The notes under the pieces were generated by a model, which had not been told where the DNA came from, ran no database searches, and saw only the letters and a program-made list of their open reading frames with translations. Below are positions 40,956 to 51,571 of a stretch of DNA of 64,000 nucleotides, in pieces. Source of the stretch: a bacterium (lineage in GTDB: Bacteria > Hinthialibacterota > Hinthialibacteria > Hinthialibacterales > Hinthialibacteraceae); contig CAXXMV010000002.1 in NCBI GenBank assembly GCA_963662285.2, positions 96,001-160,000 on the forward strand, written 5' to 3'. How positions within the stretch are numbered: the stretch's first letter is position 1; every line of letters starts with the position of its first letter. Position numbers and translations under genes: made by a program.

Positions 40956-41149
40956 GGAAAACCTCTTTATTTTTATTTTTTGACAAGATAAAAATAGCTG
41001 CCGTATAATAGAATGACGATGAAATACAATAAACTATTCAATTATACTTGCGATTATGATAAAGATAATAACCACCCGTATATTTTACATTAGAAATCCG
41101 TATTATGATATTTCTATGAATAATCCATGTAAGAGTCCAAGCGAAAATA

Positions 41150-42895
41150 ATGAAACTAAATAATCCTAAAATCGGTTTTCCCGCTATTTATGCCTATCTG
41201 TTGTTTTTCATAATAATATATGGAAATTACTGCATAGCTCAAGAGAATAAAGAGAAAAGCGTTACTCCGATCTATGTAAATCAAATCGGTTATCTTCCCG
41301 CCGATCAGAAAATCGCCCTTGTTTCTGCACCGACGGGGATATCTTTCGAACTTATCAACCAAAATTTGAAAAAATCTGTATTAAAAGGCATGTTGAACAT
41401 AGCCGAGCCAGGCGATGCCGCTAGCGGTTCAGATTTATGGCAGGCCGATTTCAGCGTTATCAGCGCAACCGGGCAATATATCCTCCAGATTCCCGGATTG
41501 GGAGATTCTTATTCGTTCCAGATACAAGATAACCTATATACAGAACTGATTAAACAATCCATAGCGGTTTTCTATCTTCATAGAAGCAGCTCCGCCATTG
41601 GACAGGCCTATGCCGGTAAATGGGACAGAGAAGCCTTTCACTTGTCAGATGGCCTCATACACACAGCCACCGCCATAACGGATATTCCACACAATGCCAC
41701 AGGCGGTTGGTTCGATGGCAGTGATTATGGTAAATACTCCGTCAGCGGTATTTATTCAGCTGGAGTCTTATTGATGCTTCATGAACATTTTCCAATTCAA
41801 TTCGGAGATGGAACCCTGCTTATTCCAGAACAGGCTAATAGCATTCCAGATATATTGGATGAAATTCGGTGGGAAATTGATTTTCTACTCCGTATGCAGG
41901 ACGCCAATGGAAGCGTCCATCATAAATTAACCTCTTTAGACCCCCCCAAACCCGAACTCCCCAATAAAAACGATTCTCCCAGATACGTCTTTCCAAATTC
42001 AACCTCCGCTACAGCTGGCGCATGCGCCTTATTCGCCAAAGCATCCAGATTATATTCCGTTCATGACGCAACCTATGCAGAGATTTGCAAAAACAGCGCC
42101 CTTTCCGCCTGGAATTACCTCCAAACGCATCCATCCGATAATGGTTTCGTTAATCCCGGTAATGTTAGAACCAAAACGTTCCTCGATGCCGATGATTCCG
42201 ATGAAAGATTTTGGGCGGCCATAGAACTTTTTATCACAACAGGAGACCAGCAATATCAAAGCACAGCCTTATCCATTGAAAATAAAAGAGTTACTTTACT
42301 TTCAGCTTCTGGCTATTGGGGAAATGTAATGCCTTTAGCTGTGGGCGCCATTTTGAAAGCGACCCCTGAGATGTTCGACGAAAAACTACTCCAGACAATC
42401 AGCAAAGACCTCATTTCTTTAAGCACTATTATCTCTGATGCGATTAATGCTGACGGATTCAAATTAAGCCTGAAAGAGGGAGATTTTGCCTGGGGTTCTA
42501 ATGGAGCTTTGCTGGAAAACGCTATGATTCTTTGTTTGGCGGATATTTATAAATCCAACCCGGTTTACCGGCAAGGCGCCAAAGATCAATTACACGCCGT
42601 ACTTGGCCGAAATCCACTTTCGATGTGTTACGTAACCGGATTCGGCAGCCAGTCTCCCAAGCATCCATATCATTTGATTTCAATGGCCGACAAAATTGAA
42701 GAACCTCTTCCCGGACTTATTGTAGGAGGCCCTAATCAGTTTCTGGGAGACAGCGCCGTGAAGAAAATATTCTCCAAAACCGCCGCACCCGCCACAATAT
42801 ATCTCGATTCAGCGGAAAGCTATTCTTCTAACGAAACAGATCTGACCTGGAACGCGGTACTAGCCTATGTCGCTACGTATATATCTTCGAAATAA
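41150..42895 (+). CDS. Glycoside hydrolase family 9 with N-terminal CelD Ig domain
   Basis: YVNQIGYLP, GGWFDGSDYGKY, PDILDEIRWE, LGRNP...YVTGFG, YSSNETDLTWNA. Confidence 0.9.
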   Translation: MKLNNPKIGFPAIYAYLLFFIIIYGNYCIAQENKEKSVTPIYVNQIGYLPADQKIALVSAPTGISFELINQNLKKSVLKGMLNIAEPGDAASGSDLWQADFSVISATGQYILQIPGLGDSYSFQIQDNLYTELIKQSIAVFYLHRSSSAIGQAYAGKWDREAFHLSDGLIHTATAITDIPHNATGGWFDGSDYGKYSVSGIYSAGVLLMLHEHFPIQFGDGTLLIPEQANSIPDILDEIRWEIDFLLRMQDANGSVHHKLTSLDPPKPELPNKNDSPRYVFPNSTSATAGACALFAKASRLYSVHDATYAEICKNSALSAWNYLQTHPSDNGFVNPGNVRTKTFLDADDSDERFWAAIELFITTGDQQYQSTALSIENKRVTLLSASGYWGNVMPLAVGAILKATPEMFDEKLLQTISKDLISLSTIISDAINADGFKLSLKEGDFAWGSNGALLENAMILCLADIYKSNPVYRQGAKDQLHAVLGRNPLSMCYVTGFGSQSPKHPYHLISMADKIEEPLPGLIVGGPNQFLGDSAVKKIFSKTAAPATIYLDSAESYSSNETDLTWNAVLAYVATYISSK

Positions 42896-43039
42896 TATTG
42901 TTTTAATGTTTATTAAAGAGTCATACATAGCGAAGGATGGATAAGTTTTACCAATACTTCCCCACCCGCATGTAGGGCGCGCCCCTTGTGGGCGCCCGGA
43001 ATTTGCAAGACCTTCGATCCCACAAAATACCCGATGGGC

Positions 43040-43076
43040 GCCAAGGGCAAGACCGCATTGCGGTCAGCCCTTGATA
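43040..43076 (+). repeat. REP family C (also at about 47933-47968 and degenerate 48063-48092)
   Basis: GCCAAGGGCAAGACCGCATTGCGGTCAGCCCTTGAT hairpin, paired with family B at both loci. Confidence 0.8.
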
Positions 43077-43091
43077 AAACCACCTTCAATT

Positions 43092-44945
43092 CTACCAAAC
43101 CCCGGACAATTCTAAAACATCCAGAATTCGTTCATACCTTCCAAACGGAGGGAAAATATAGGCGCCTTGAACTGCGGGATATTCTTTTGAATAGCGCAAT
43201 GCCTCCGCAGCTATTTTAATTCCCTCTTCACGCTGTTTATCTTTGGTTGAACACATGCCAATGCGTTTCATTATTTCAGCAGGAACCTGCATTCCCGGAA
43301 CATTATCATTAAAGAACTCGGCATTTTTCAAGCTCGACAACGGCAACACGCCCACAAAGAATGGAATCGGTTTAACATGCTTTATTCTATTTAAGAAATT
43401 ATCCAAAATCTCTGAATCATATATTGGTTGCGAAAATACAAATTCCGCGCCCGCGTTCACTTTTTGTTCATATCTTTTAACTTCAAGATCTATATCCGTC
43501 GCGCCGGGATTACAGCCAACGCCGATCACAAAAGAAGTTTGACCCTTTAATGGACGTTTTGCGAAATCCAGCCCGCGATTTAAGAGAGAAACATTATCCA
43601 CCAGACCGATTGAATCCAGATCGAACACGGCTGTAGCATCTGGATAAATCCCCATCTTGGGAGGATCGCCGGTTATGATCATAAGATTACGCAAACCCAG
43701 AGCATTTGAACTAATCAGGTCCATCTGCAGAGCCAACAGGTTTCTATCCCGGCAGCAAACATGAATAATTGATTCAATTGGAACAGCCCGTCTTACCAAT
43801 TGAGATAAAGCGATGGGAGACATTCTTCCGGAAGCGCGCGGCCCGTCAGCAATATTGATAGCGTCAATGCCGTTTTCATAAAGGAATTTGGCGCCTTCCA
43901 CCGATTTAGTTGCATCAATTCCCTTGGGAGGGTCCAATTCAACCGAAATGACGAACTTCTTCCCCAGCGAGCGGCCAAATGTAGAACGGCCAGCTACCGG
44001 AATTGGCGTCATCGCATTTTCGCCATAACTCTCTTCTTTAGGTTCTTCCAGTATTTCAACTATATTCCTGGGCTGAACCGAACGAAGAAATGACGACATT
44101 TCACGAATCATTTTCGGGGTGATTCCAGCATTGCCGCCAACGATTGCAACGCCTTTCTGCACCAGGCGTTTGGTGTATTCAGCTAAATATTCCGGAGAAT
44201 CCATAAAGATGGTGCGGCCATCAACTATTTCCTGCGAGCAGGCATCCGGCATAACAGAAAGCGGCAGAATGTCACCAGCAGTCTGTTTCATCTTCGCGAT
44301 CATTTCCAGAATATCTTTCACGCCTCCACCACTGACGCCGCCCAGCTCCGCGCCCCAATTTTTCAAGACCGCCAGGTAGGCGCCCAGAGCATCTTCCTGA
44401 TCTGTTCGCAGACAAGAAAAAGAGATGGAAGGAAGAATCGGTATCGACGGATTCAATGAATTAACGGCGTCAAAGCATAGTTTCAAAGTTTCCAATGAAG
44501 GAAAAGACTCCAAAATTAGAATATCTATACCCGCATCCAGCAGAATCGACGCTTGTTCTTTTATAATCTCCTGATAGTTTTCCACTTCTTCAGAAGATTC
44601 CGTTCGCAGAACAGGTCCAATAGAACCTGCAACATAGCGGGAGTCTCCCGCAGCCTTGCGGGCAATTTCCACTCCCGTGCGGTTTATTTCTTCTAATTTA
44701 TCGGATATGCCATAGGCCTCTAATTTCAGACGATTGGCGCCAAACGTGTTTGTAGTTATGATCTCCGCACCGGATTTAGCATATTGAGAATGTATTTCTT
44801 CAATAATTGCAGGATTGGTAAGGTTCAGCTCATCGTAACAACGATTGACGAAGAAACCACGGGAATATAATTCCATGCTTATCCCGCCATCAGCCAAAAG
44901 TACTCGTTTTTTTAGTATATCTTTAATTCTATCAACCATTTCCAT
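43092..44945 (-). CDS. yitJ: Bifunctional homocysteine S-methyltransferase / methylenetetrahydrofolate reductase (Hcy domain degenerate)
   Basis: LLADGG, TTNTFGAN, VAGSIGP; MTHFR part SVELDPPKG, NIADGP, CRDRNLLALQ, TGDPP, FSQPIYD. Confidence 0.92.
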   Translation of the reverse strand: MEMVDRIKDILKKRVLLADGGISMELYSRGFFVNRCYDELNLTNPAIIEEIHSQYAKSGAEIITTNTFGANRLKLEAYGISDKLEEINRTGVEIARKAAGDSRYVAGSIGPVLRTESSEEVENYQEIIKEQASILLDAGIDILILESFPSLETLKLCFDAVNSLNPSIPILPSISFSCLRTDQEDALGAYLAVLKNWGAELGGVSGGGVKDILEMIAKMKQTAGDILPLSVMPDACSQEIVDGRTIFMDSPEYLAEYTKRLVQKGVAIVGGNAGITPKMIREMSSFLRSVQPRNIVEILEEPKEESYGENAMTPIPVAGRSTFGRSLGKKFVISVELDPPKGIDATKSVEGAKFLYENGIDAINIADGPRASGRMSPIALSQLVRRAVPIESIIHVCCRDRNLLALQMDLISSNALGLRNLMIITGDPPKMGIYPDATAVFDLDSIGLVDNVSLLNRGLDFAKRPLKGQTSFVIGVGCNPGATDIDLEVKRYEQKVNAGAEFVFSQPIYDSEILDNFLNRIKHVKPIPFFVGVLPLSSLKNAEFFNDNVPGMQVPAEIMKRIGMCSTKDKQREEGIKIAAEALRYSKEYPAVQGAYIFPPFGRYERILDVLELSGVW

Positions 44946-44974
44946 ATCTCGATCTTTTTTATAGTTAGCAGTTC

Positions 44975-45011
44975 GTAGGGTGGGCTAAAAGCGAAGCGTA
45001 GCCCACCAAAA
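44975..45011 (+). repeat. GTAG-type REP family A (also 50394-50430, 57827-57864; variants 50353-50380, 57594-57620)
   Basis: GTAGGGTGGGCTAAAAGCGAAGCGTAGCCCACCAAAA near-identical at three intergenic sites. Confidence 0.9.
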
Positions 45012-45272
45012 CCACTCTGCTACTAATAAAAAATTAGCTCTTTCCCGCACAACAACGATAATATATAGACAGTCAAAATAATAGCAATCTTAATGTCAAA
45101 CGGAACCGTAGACAAAATAGAAACGGCAAAAATCAACAACCTCTTTCATGACCACAACACCTGGTAGATATTCCACAGAATTTTCTACAAGATATAGCGT
45201 GATTTTGTAATACTTCAACTTTTTGTCGACTTATAATTTCTATGTTATAATATTCCTAGGGAGAACTTACCG

Positions 45273-46625
45273 ATGAGACGCTTAATTTTTTGTCAATTAT
45301 TGCTGTTGATTGGTCTAACTTTAACCCTCGTTGCGCCTGCCCAGAACACTGAATCCAAGACGAATATAAAACCGATGCAAGAAAATCCCGGCAAACCGGA
45401 AAAACCCAAAACCTACCGGGAAAAATATGTTGAATTCTATAATCCCAAGGATTACGCCAAGAACTATAAGGAAAGATACAAACCAGAAAATTATAAAGAA
45501 TATTATCATGATCTTCATCGGGAAAATTTTCAACAATTCAAAAATTCCAGAAAATATCTAGAAAGTATAAGTAAGAGCACCGATAAAATAATTGATAAAG
45601 CAACACGCCTGGATCCTATGGCTGAAGATATTTTTAATGTTGATAAATATGGCAAGACAAAAGTAGATAATTCGCGCAATTATATTCCCATGCCTTTTTA
45701 TAATCCCTATGAGTACCGCGACTACCAATATTCTAAACGCGGCTACGGCTCCAGTCTGCCGCCAAAACCTTATACAAAATACGATAATCCAGATTATTGG
45801 GTACAGGAACCAAGATTAGCTACTGTATACGGCGAATGGCAACCCAATGCATTAACAGATTTTGCCTATTCAAATCAACGAAAATTGAATGCTCTTCCTC
45901 ATACCAATGAAGTATACCTTCCCGTACCAATGCCCGGATCGGCGCCAGTATATGGAGGATCTTATTTCCCTCAGCAGAATCCATACCTTAAATATTTAGT
46001 CGGGCCGGGACAACCCCAAATATATTCTCCCCAAACCGGGAACGGGCCAATAGCGCCGGATGACTCAAGCCAGAGCCTCCCCAAAGCGCAACAGGTCAAA
46101 GAAAAACCAGATGAAATAACCAGTGATTCCACCAATACTGTTTCTCCTCAAAACAATGATATCAATCAAACAACAAACGGATACTCTCCCCAACCAATAC
46201 AGAGACCTCCAGAGACCAGTAATCCCCCCGCTCCGGTACATCTCTCACCGGCGCAGCTTCTTTATAAACAAGGTTTACAATCTTTCGCCCAGCGCAATTA
46301 TACTAAAGCCGGACAGACTTTTCAGAATCTGGTCAAAATGAATCCCGGCGCCCCTTATGTACAATTCGGTCATGGGCTTTCACTTTTTTATAGCGGAAAC
46401 TACAACGACTCATTGCAGGCTTTTCAAACAAGCATCGATTTATCAAGACAGAAAGCCATGCAACAACCAACCCTTTGGCAAATGTACACCCAACCCAACG
46501 ATTTCCGCTATCACTTTAAAAAACTAGCCAAGTATGCCGAGCAGCATCCCAAAAATGAATCAGCCAAAGAACTCTTATTTTTATTAAGCAAAATTTCTTC
46601 CAAACCCAAAACGATAAACAGGTAA
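45273..46625 (+). CDS. Exported Tyr/Pro-rich protein with C-terminal TPR domain (paralog 1)
   Basis: Signal peptide, low-complexity Y/P/K region, TPR pair LYKQG...FGHGLSLFYSGNY. Confidence 0.75.
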   Translation: MRRLIFCQLLLLIGLTLTLVAPAQNTESKTNIKPMQENPGKPEKPKTYREKYVEFYNPKDYAKNYKERYKPENYKEYYHDLHRENFQQFKNSRKYLESISKSTDKIIDKATRLDPMAEDIFNVDKYGKTKVDNSRNYIPMPFYNPYEYRDYQYSKRGYGSSLPPKPYTKYDNPDYWVQEPRLATVYGEWQPNALTDFAYSNQRKLNALPHTNEVYLPVPMPGSAPVYGGSYFPQQNPYLKYLVGPGQPQIYSPQTGNGPIAPDDSSQSLPKAQQVKEKPDEITSDSTNTVSPQNNDINQTTNGYSPQPIQRPPETSNPPAPVHLSPAQLLYKQGLQSFAQRNYTKAGQTFQNLVKMNPGAPYVQFGHGLSLFYSGNYNDSLQAFQTSIDLSRQKAMQQPTLWQMYTQPNDFRYHFKKLAKYAEQHPKNESAKELLFLLSKISSKPKTINR

Positions 46626-46729
46626 CCAAGTCCCCTCTCCCACCGGGAGAGGGCTAGGGTGAAGGGGAATTTTTAAAAAACGCCTGACAAAAAAATTGGT
46701 CGCACGACTCTAAAGATTAGGTAATAATA

Positions 46730-47842
46730 ATGAGAACTATAACCCTGATATTATTAATTATTACTTTCTTAACGCCTGATTCATCCGCCCAATATGAAAA
46801 ACGAAGCAAGCCGAATTACGGATATGTCACCAGAATGCCATTATACGGTGATATACGTACTATGAAATACATTACTCCAGGAAAAATCCATGTCAGGGAA
46901 ATTTTTGAGGCTCAGATTGAAAACTTTTTCCATAACCAGGGGTTTACAACTTACGACCATCTTATAAATAAGGCCTATAAAGAACACGATCCACGTTCTA
47001 ATATGAGTAATTCTAGCACCCCGCAATTTATCACTCCGTTATACAGTAAAAAGAGAAAACAAAATATGGAGCTACCAATAGGCCCCATGCTGCCTCCCAT
47101 AGTTTTACCAGAACCAATGCCCACCCCGAAAGCAAGGCTGTTTAAACCATTTATTCCATCAATTTTTTATCAGAATTCCTATCCACTGGATTCTCCATAT
47201 CAAGAGAATGCGCCGCCGGTTGATGACGCCACTGATACCGTTAACGACCTCCCGCCATCAAATGAACCGCCGGAGAATCCCTATGATCTTCCGGTTTTGA
47301 ATCCTCCCGGCTCAGTAGAAGCCGGGCCGGACGACTCGCAGGAAACCGGTGATATAGAATCTAATCAAAAAAACCAGGCGCATCTATACCGCCCCTTTTC
47401 TCTTCCAGGATGGAATAATTTAGCAAGCTATAATTCACCGCAAAATCTGCTTGCCAGGGGATGCGGTTATTTCCAAGCCAGAAATTATCCTCAAGCCAGA
47501 AAAACATTCACCAAATTCGCTCAAATCCAACCCTATTCACCCCACGCTCATTTTGGCAGAGCCATTTGTCTTTTATATTCTGGAGAATATGATGCTGCGC
47601 TGGAGGCTATCAGCGAAAGTTACCGCATAGCACGGGAAAATAACCAGCCCAAGCCAACCGTCTGGGAGATGAATATCCACCCCAAAGACTATAGAAAGCA
47701 CGTAAGAAATCTTCTGCTATACGTAAACAATAACCGTCACAACAAAAAAGCCGGAACGCTGCTAATGCTAGTATCGCACGCCGGATACGCCCCCCGACCA
47801 GGGACAAATACTCAAACGGTCGCCTCTGCAAACAATCATTGA
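46730..47842 (+). CDS. Exported Pro-rich protein with C-terminal TPR domain (paralog 2)
   Basis: Signal peptide, C-terminus aligns with paralog 1 (RNY..A..TF, FG....YSG.Y, PT.W.M, P.D.R.H). Confidence 0.75.
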   Translation: MRTITLILLIITFLTPDSSAQYEKRSKPNYGYVTRMPLYGDIRTMKYITPGKIHVREIFEAQIENFFHNQGFTTYDHLINKAYKEHDPRSNMSNSSTPQFITPLYSKKRKQNMELPIGPMLPPIVLPEPMPTPKARLFKPFIPSIFYQNSYPLDSPYQENAPPVDDATDTVNDLPPSNEPPENPYDLPVLNPPGSVEAGPDDSQETGDIESNQKNQAHLYRPFSLPGWNNLASYNSPQNLLARGCGYFQARNYPQARKTFTKFAQIQPYSPHAHFGRAICLLYSGEYDAALEAISESYRIARENNQPKPTVWEMNIHPKDYRKHVRNLLLYVNNNRHNKKAGTLLMLVSHAGYAPRPGTNTQTVASANNH

Positions 47843-48181
47843 TATATAAATTTAACACGAAAGAAACAACTGTAGGGGCGCCTTTCATGGGCGCCCGATA
47901 CACTAGGCGCCAAGGTCAAGACTGCATGGGTGCCAAGGGCAAGAGCGCAATGCGCTCAGCCCTTGATCAAACCACCAACGATAGAATGAAATTCCTTAAC
48001 TTAATGACATTGCCTTTCATAGGAGCCCGATATCCCAGACGCCAAGGCAGAAACAAAAAGGGTGCCAAGGGCAGTGTCCTTTCTGCCCTTGATTGAATTC
48101 ACCTCATGTATGTCTATAATGTATGTAAACAATCCACCCGAAAGACAGAATAATTGAACAGAATATTATCAAGGAACATAA

Positions 48182-48979
48182 ATGGATCGCAGAAACTTCA
48201 TTCAATGTTGCAGCGGCATAGCGGGCGTCTCATTTACCCATAGCGGCAAAATACCCAAACGGTATTTCGGCGCCAATAAAGATGCCGTATCCATTCTTGG
48301 ATTCGGCGCCGGAGACCTCTACCGCCTGCCGCAGAAGGATGCGACGGACTTAGCGCAAACCGCCCACGCCAACGGAATCAACCTCTTTGACGCAGCCGCC
48401 GCATATGGCGATGGCCTATCAGAAGAACGCCTCGGCGCCGCATTGCAGGGCGTCGCTAGAGATGACGCCTTTCTCATTTCCAAAACTCTGGGCCGCACAC
48501 AGCAAGAGGCTCAAAAAGACCTACGCTCTTCCCTACACCGCCTACGCACGGACTACTTAAATGTATGGATGATCCACGATCTGCGCAACATATATGAATG
48601 GCAATCCATCTCCTCACCACGAGGCGCCCTGCAAGCGGTTCACAACGCCAAAGCTGCTGGAGACGCCCAATACATCGGGCTATCGGCCAACCGTAATCCT
48701 GAGCTGGTCTTAAAAGCAATCAGAGAGTATCCCTTCGACGTAATAATGATTCCCGTCACGCCGGATGATGCTTTTGTAACAAAAGTCCTGCCGGAAGCGT
48801 TAAATAGAAACATAGGGGTAATTGGAATCCGCGTTTTTGATCTACCCAAAAAGAAAAAGAAGAATACAGCCTTTGTTCATAAATCAATTAACCGCGCTCT
48901 CTCTTATCCCATAGCTTGCGCTGTAACCGGCTGTGAAGACATTAAACAACTTAGGGAAAACATCGGCGCCTTACGGTAA
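48182..48979 (+). CDS. Aldo/keto reductase with Tat-like N-terminus
   Basis: MDRRNFI, VSILGFG, GINLFDAA..YG.G.SEE.LG, SL.RLRTDYL, YIGLS. Confidence 0.85.
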   Translation: MDRRNFIQCCSGIAGVSFTHSGKIPKRYFGANKDAVSILGFGAGDLYRLPQKDATDLAQTAHANGINLFDAAAAYGDGLSEERLGAALQGVARDDAFLISKTLGRTQQEAQKDLRSSLHRLRTDYLNVWMIHDLRNIYEWQSISSPRGALQAVHNAKAAGDAQYIGLSANRNPELVLKAIREYPFDVIMIPVTPDDAFVTKVLPEALNRNIGVIGIRVFDLPKKKKKNTAFVHKSINRALSYPIACAVTGCEDIKQLRENIGALR

Positions 48980-48982
48980 ACA

Positions 48983-50341
48983 ATGAGAAAAAAAACCAAA
49001 CGCTTGCTTATCGAGATATCTATCGCCTCTGTCGTCTTATGCCTTCTTTCCGCTGTTATGATTCCTAAATTTATCGCCTCGCAGAATATCAACACCCCCA
49101 AACATTTCCCCGATCCCAACTTCCACAAAGCAGTCCGCCGATTTATGAATGTTTCACCAGAGGAAAGATTCACTTCCTTTGACGCCGCGCAGAAAAAGGG
49201 AATCCTGAATTGTGAACACATGAACATTAACGACATAAAGGGTATAGAATATTTTAAGAATATTGATGAGATACGTTTTGGAGGTAATAGAGTTAAAGAT
49301 TGCGACTTATCCCGAAATAAAAATTTAACCTTAATATCTTGCTCTCCAAATCTGCTAGAGAATCTTGATGTTTCCCATAACAAAAATCTGGAAACGCTTA
49401 TTTGTAACTCAAATCGACTTAACAAACTGGATTTATCTGAAAACAAAAATCTATTAAAACTTTTTTGCGCGATCAACCAGTTAGAAGCAATTGATATTAC
49501 AAATAATATTTATTTGTATGAACTGTACTGTCCGACAAACAATTTGAAATTTTTAGATACGGCTTCCAACAAAAAACTGCTCCACCTTTCATGCGATAAA
49601 AACAGATTGGAAAAACTTAATCTTGAAGGCAACCCAGAGTTAAGTCAATTATCATGCATGGACAATAGAATTTCCCAAATCAATCTTACTAATAATCCAA
49701 AACTGAAATTATTAAAAATAGATAAGAACCTCTTAGAAACAATTGATCTAAGTGAATTATCAAAACTAGATATTTGTTCAATTATAGGAAATAAATTATC
49801 CCTTATAGACATTTCTCAAAATAAAGAACTCCAGCATTTATCATGCAGCGCTAATAAATTACAAGAGTTAAATTTAAGTTCGAATAAAAAATTAGAATCG
49901 CTGGATTGTTCAGCTAATCAACTGGAATCACTGGATGTTTCGGATAAAAAATCATTAAGAATTTTGAACTGCTCATCCAATAAATTAAAGAAACTCGATA
50001 TATCCCATAATCAACAATTGAAACAATTGCATTTAGCGAATAACCAAATTGAGAAAATTGATTTATCGGATAAACCTATGTTGACAATCGTTGATCTGTC
50101 AAATAATCATCTTGATTCAATTCCAATATTCAAAAACAACCGAGAACTTAACACTATGGATTTACGCAATAATTTATTGAACCGGGATGACTGGGTGGAT
50201 GTGTACGACATAATAAAAAAGATGCCCCGGCCTAAATATAACAAAAATGGACAACTAACTCATGGATTCGCCTTTTCGCTTATACAGGGAATAGACCTGG
50301 GCGAACTAATAAACGGCGCCACCACAGAGTTAACCAACTAA
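48983..50341 (+). CDS. 21-residue (IRREKO-type) leucine-rich repeat protein with pilin-like N-terminal helix
   Basis: Cap FPDPNF, then roughly 13-14 LxxLxCxxNxLxxLDLSxN repeats. Confidence 0.9.
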   Translation: MRKKTKRLLIEISIASVVLCLLSAVMIPKFIASQNINTPKHFPDPNFHKAVRRFMNVSPEERFTSFDAAQKKGILNCEHMNINDIKGIEYFKNIDEIRFGGNRVKDCDLSRNKNLTLISCSPNLLENLDVSHNKNLETLICNSNRLNKLDLSENKNLLKLFCAINQLEAIDITNNIYLYELYCPTNNLKFLDTASNKKLLHLSCDKNRLEKLNLEGNPELSQLSCMDNRISQINLTNNPKLKLLKIDKNLLETIDLSELSKLDICSIIGNKLSLIDISQNKELQHLSCSANKLQELNLSSNKKLESLDCSANQLESLDVSDKKSLRILNCSSNKLKKLDISHNQQLKQLHLANNQIEKIDLSDKPMLTIVDLSNNHLDSIPIFKNNRELNTMDLRNNLLNRDDWVDVYDIIKKMPRPKYNKNGQLTHGFAFSLIQGIDLGELINGATTELTN

Positions 50342-50461
50342 CCAACATAAAAGGGTGGGTCACGCCTCACCGACTCACCAAAACCACCAACGCGTAGGGT
50401 GGGCTAAAAGCGAAGCGTAGCCCACCAAAAACCACCTATGTATTCAAAAGGAGTCACCCAA

Positions 50462-51571
50462 ATGAAACGACGAACCAAAAATCTAATCATAGAAGCCTTC
50501 ATCGTTGGCATCATATTAACCGCGCTTACAATATTAATAATTCCAAAATTCCTCGCCGCGCAAAACATCAACACCCTCAAACATTTCCCCGATACGAATT
50601 TTCGACGTGCGGTTGAGAATTTCATGGGTGTAAAACAATTCACTGCGGAAGAAGCAAGCAAGAAGAAAGGCTCTTTCTATTGTTTACAAAAGAATATTCA
50701 CGATATGACCGGGATAGAATATTTCCCAAGTATTAACCATATTGATTGCCAGGCGAACCAGATCGAAAAGCTTGATCTGTCCAAAAACAGGGATTTGTTT
50801 GTTTTACAATGTTGTAGTAACAGACTTAAAAATTTAGATATTTCACAAAATTTTCTGTTACAAGAAATTACCTGTTATGATAATAAATTAGAACATATTG
50901 ATGTTTCTAATAATAAAAATTTAACCCGCCTTTCTATCTTTGATAACAACATAAAGGAATTAGATTTATCGCAAAACCGTAAATTAAATATTCTACAGTG
51001 TACAAGAAATAATCTTAGAAAAATTGATCTAACAAACAACCCCAATCTTGCCCATTTCGATATTAATGGTAATGAAATTTATGAAATCAATCTAAAAGAG
51101 AATATAGTATTAAATAGTTTTTCATGCAGTGACAATAAACTAACAAGCCTCGTATTAGATAATCAAAAAAAGTTACGCTCTCTGAATTGCAACAACAATC
51201 AAATAACAAAATTAGATCTCCGCAATAATCCAAAATTAAAATCTCTTGAATGCAACCAAAACCAGATCACTGAAATATTGTTACCTGATAAGTGCAACCT
51301 ACTGACCGTGAAATGCGCAAATAACCAACTAGAAGACCTCTCTGAGTTGCTTAAATTAAAATTCTTCCAATACCTGGATATCCGTCACAACAATCTGGAT
51401 ATAAAACAACTGGAGGGCGCACGGGAAATGCTGAAAAATATGTACGAGAATGGATTTGCCACTAAGGGAGTTGAATACTTGCCGCAAAAGAACGTGAGCT
51501 TTGCAGATGCGCCGGAATCATGGACCGGCGATTTAAGCTTCGAGACTGAAGTTGATGCCATTAAGCCATAA
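50462..51571 (+). CDS. Paralogous IRREKO-type LRR protein with pilin-like N-terminal helix
   Basis: Start moved to ATG 50462 (AAGGAG SD); IPKFLAAQNINT.KHFPD.NF shared with the upstream paralog; roughly 10 repeats. Confidence 0.9.
   Translation: MKRRTKNLIIEAFIVGIILTALTILIIPKFLAAQNINTLKHFPDTNFRRAVENFMGVKQFTAEEASKKKGSFYCLQKNIHDMTGIEYFPSINHIDCQANQIEKLDLSKNRDLFVLQCCSNRLKNLDISQNFLLQEITCYDNKLEHIDVSNNKNLTRLSIFDNNIKELDLSQNRKLNILQCTRNNLRKIDLTNNPNLAHFDINGNEIYEINLKENIVLNSFSCSDNKLTSLVLDNQKKLRSLNCNNNQITKLDLRNNPKLKSLECNQNQITEILLPDKCNLLTVKCANNQLEDLSELLKLKFFQYLDIRHNNLDIKQLEGAREMLKNMYENGFATKGVEYLPQKNVSFADAPESWTGDLSFETEVDAIKP

Noticed and set aside
41150-42895. Inactive GH9
   Set aside because: DAGD is DGSD, but both Asp residues and the C-terminal catalytic Glu are retained.
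44946-45272. SAM riboswitch upstream of yitJ
   Set aside because: No SAM-I core recognisable; the only clear structure is a REP.
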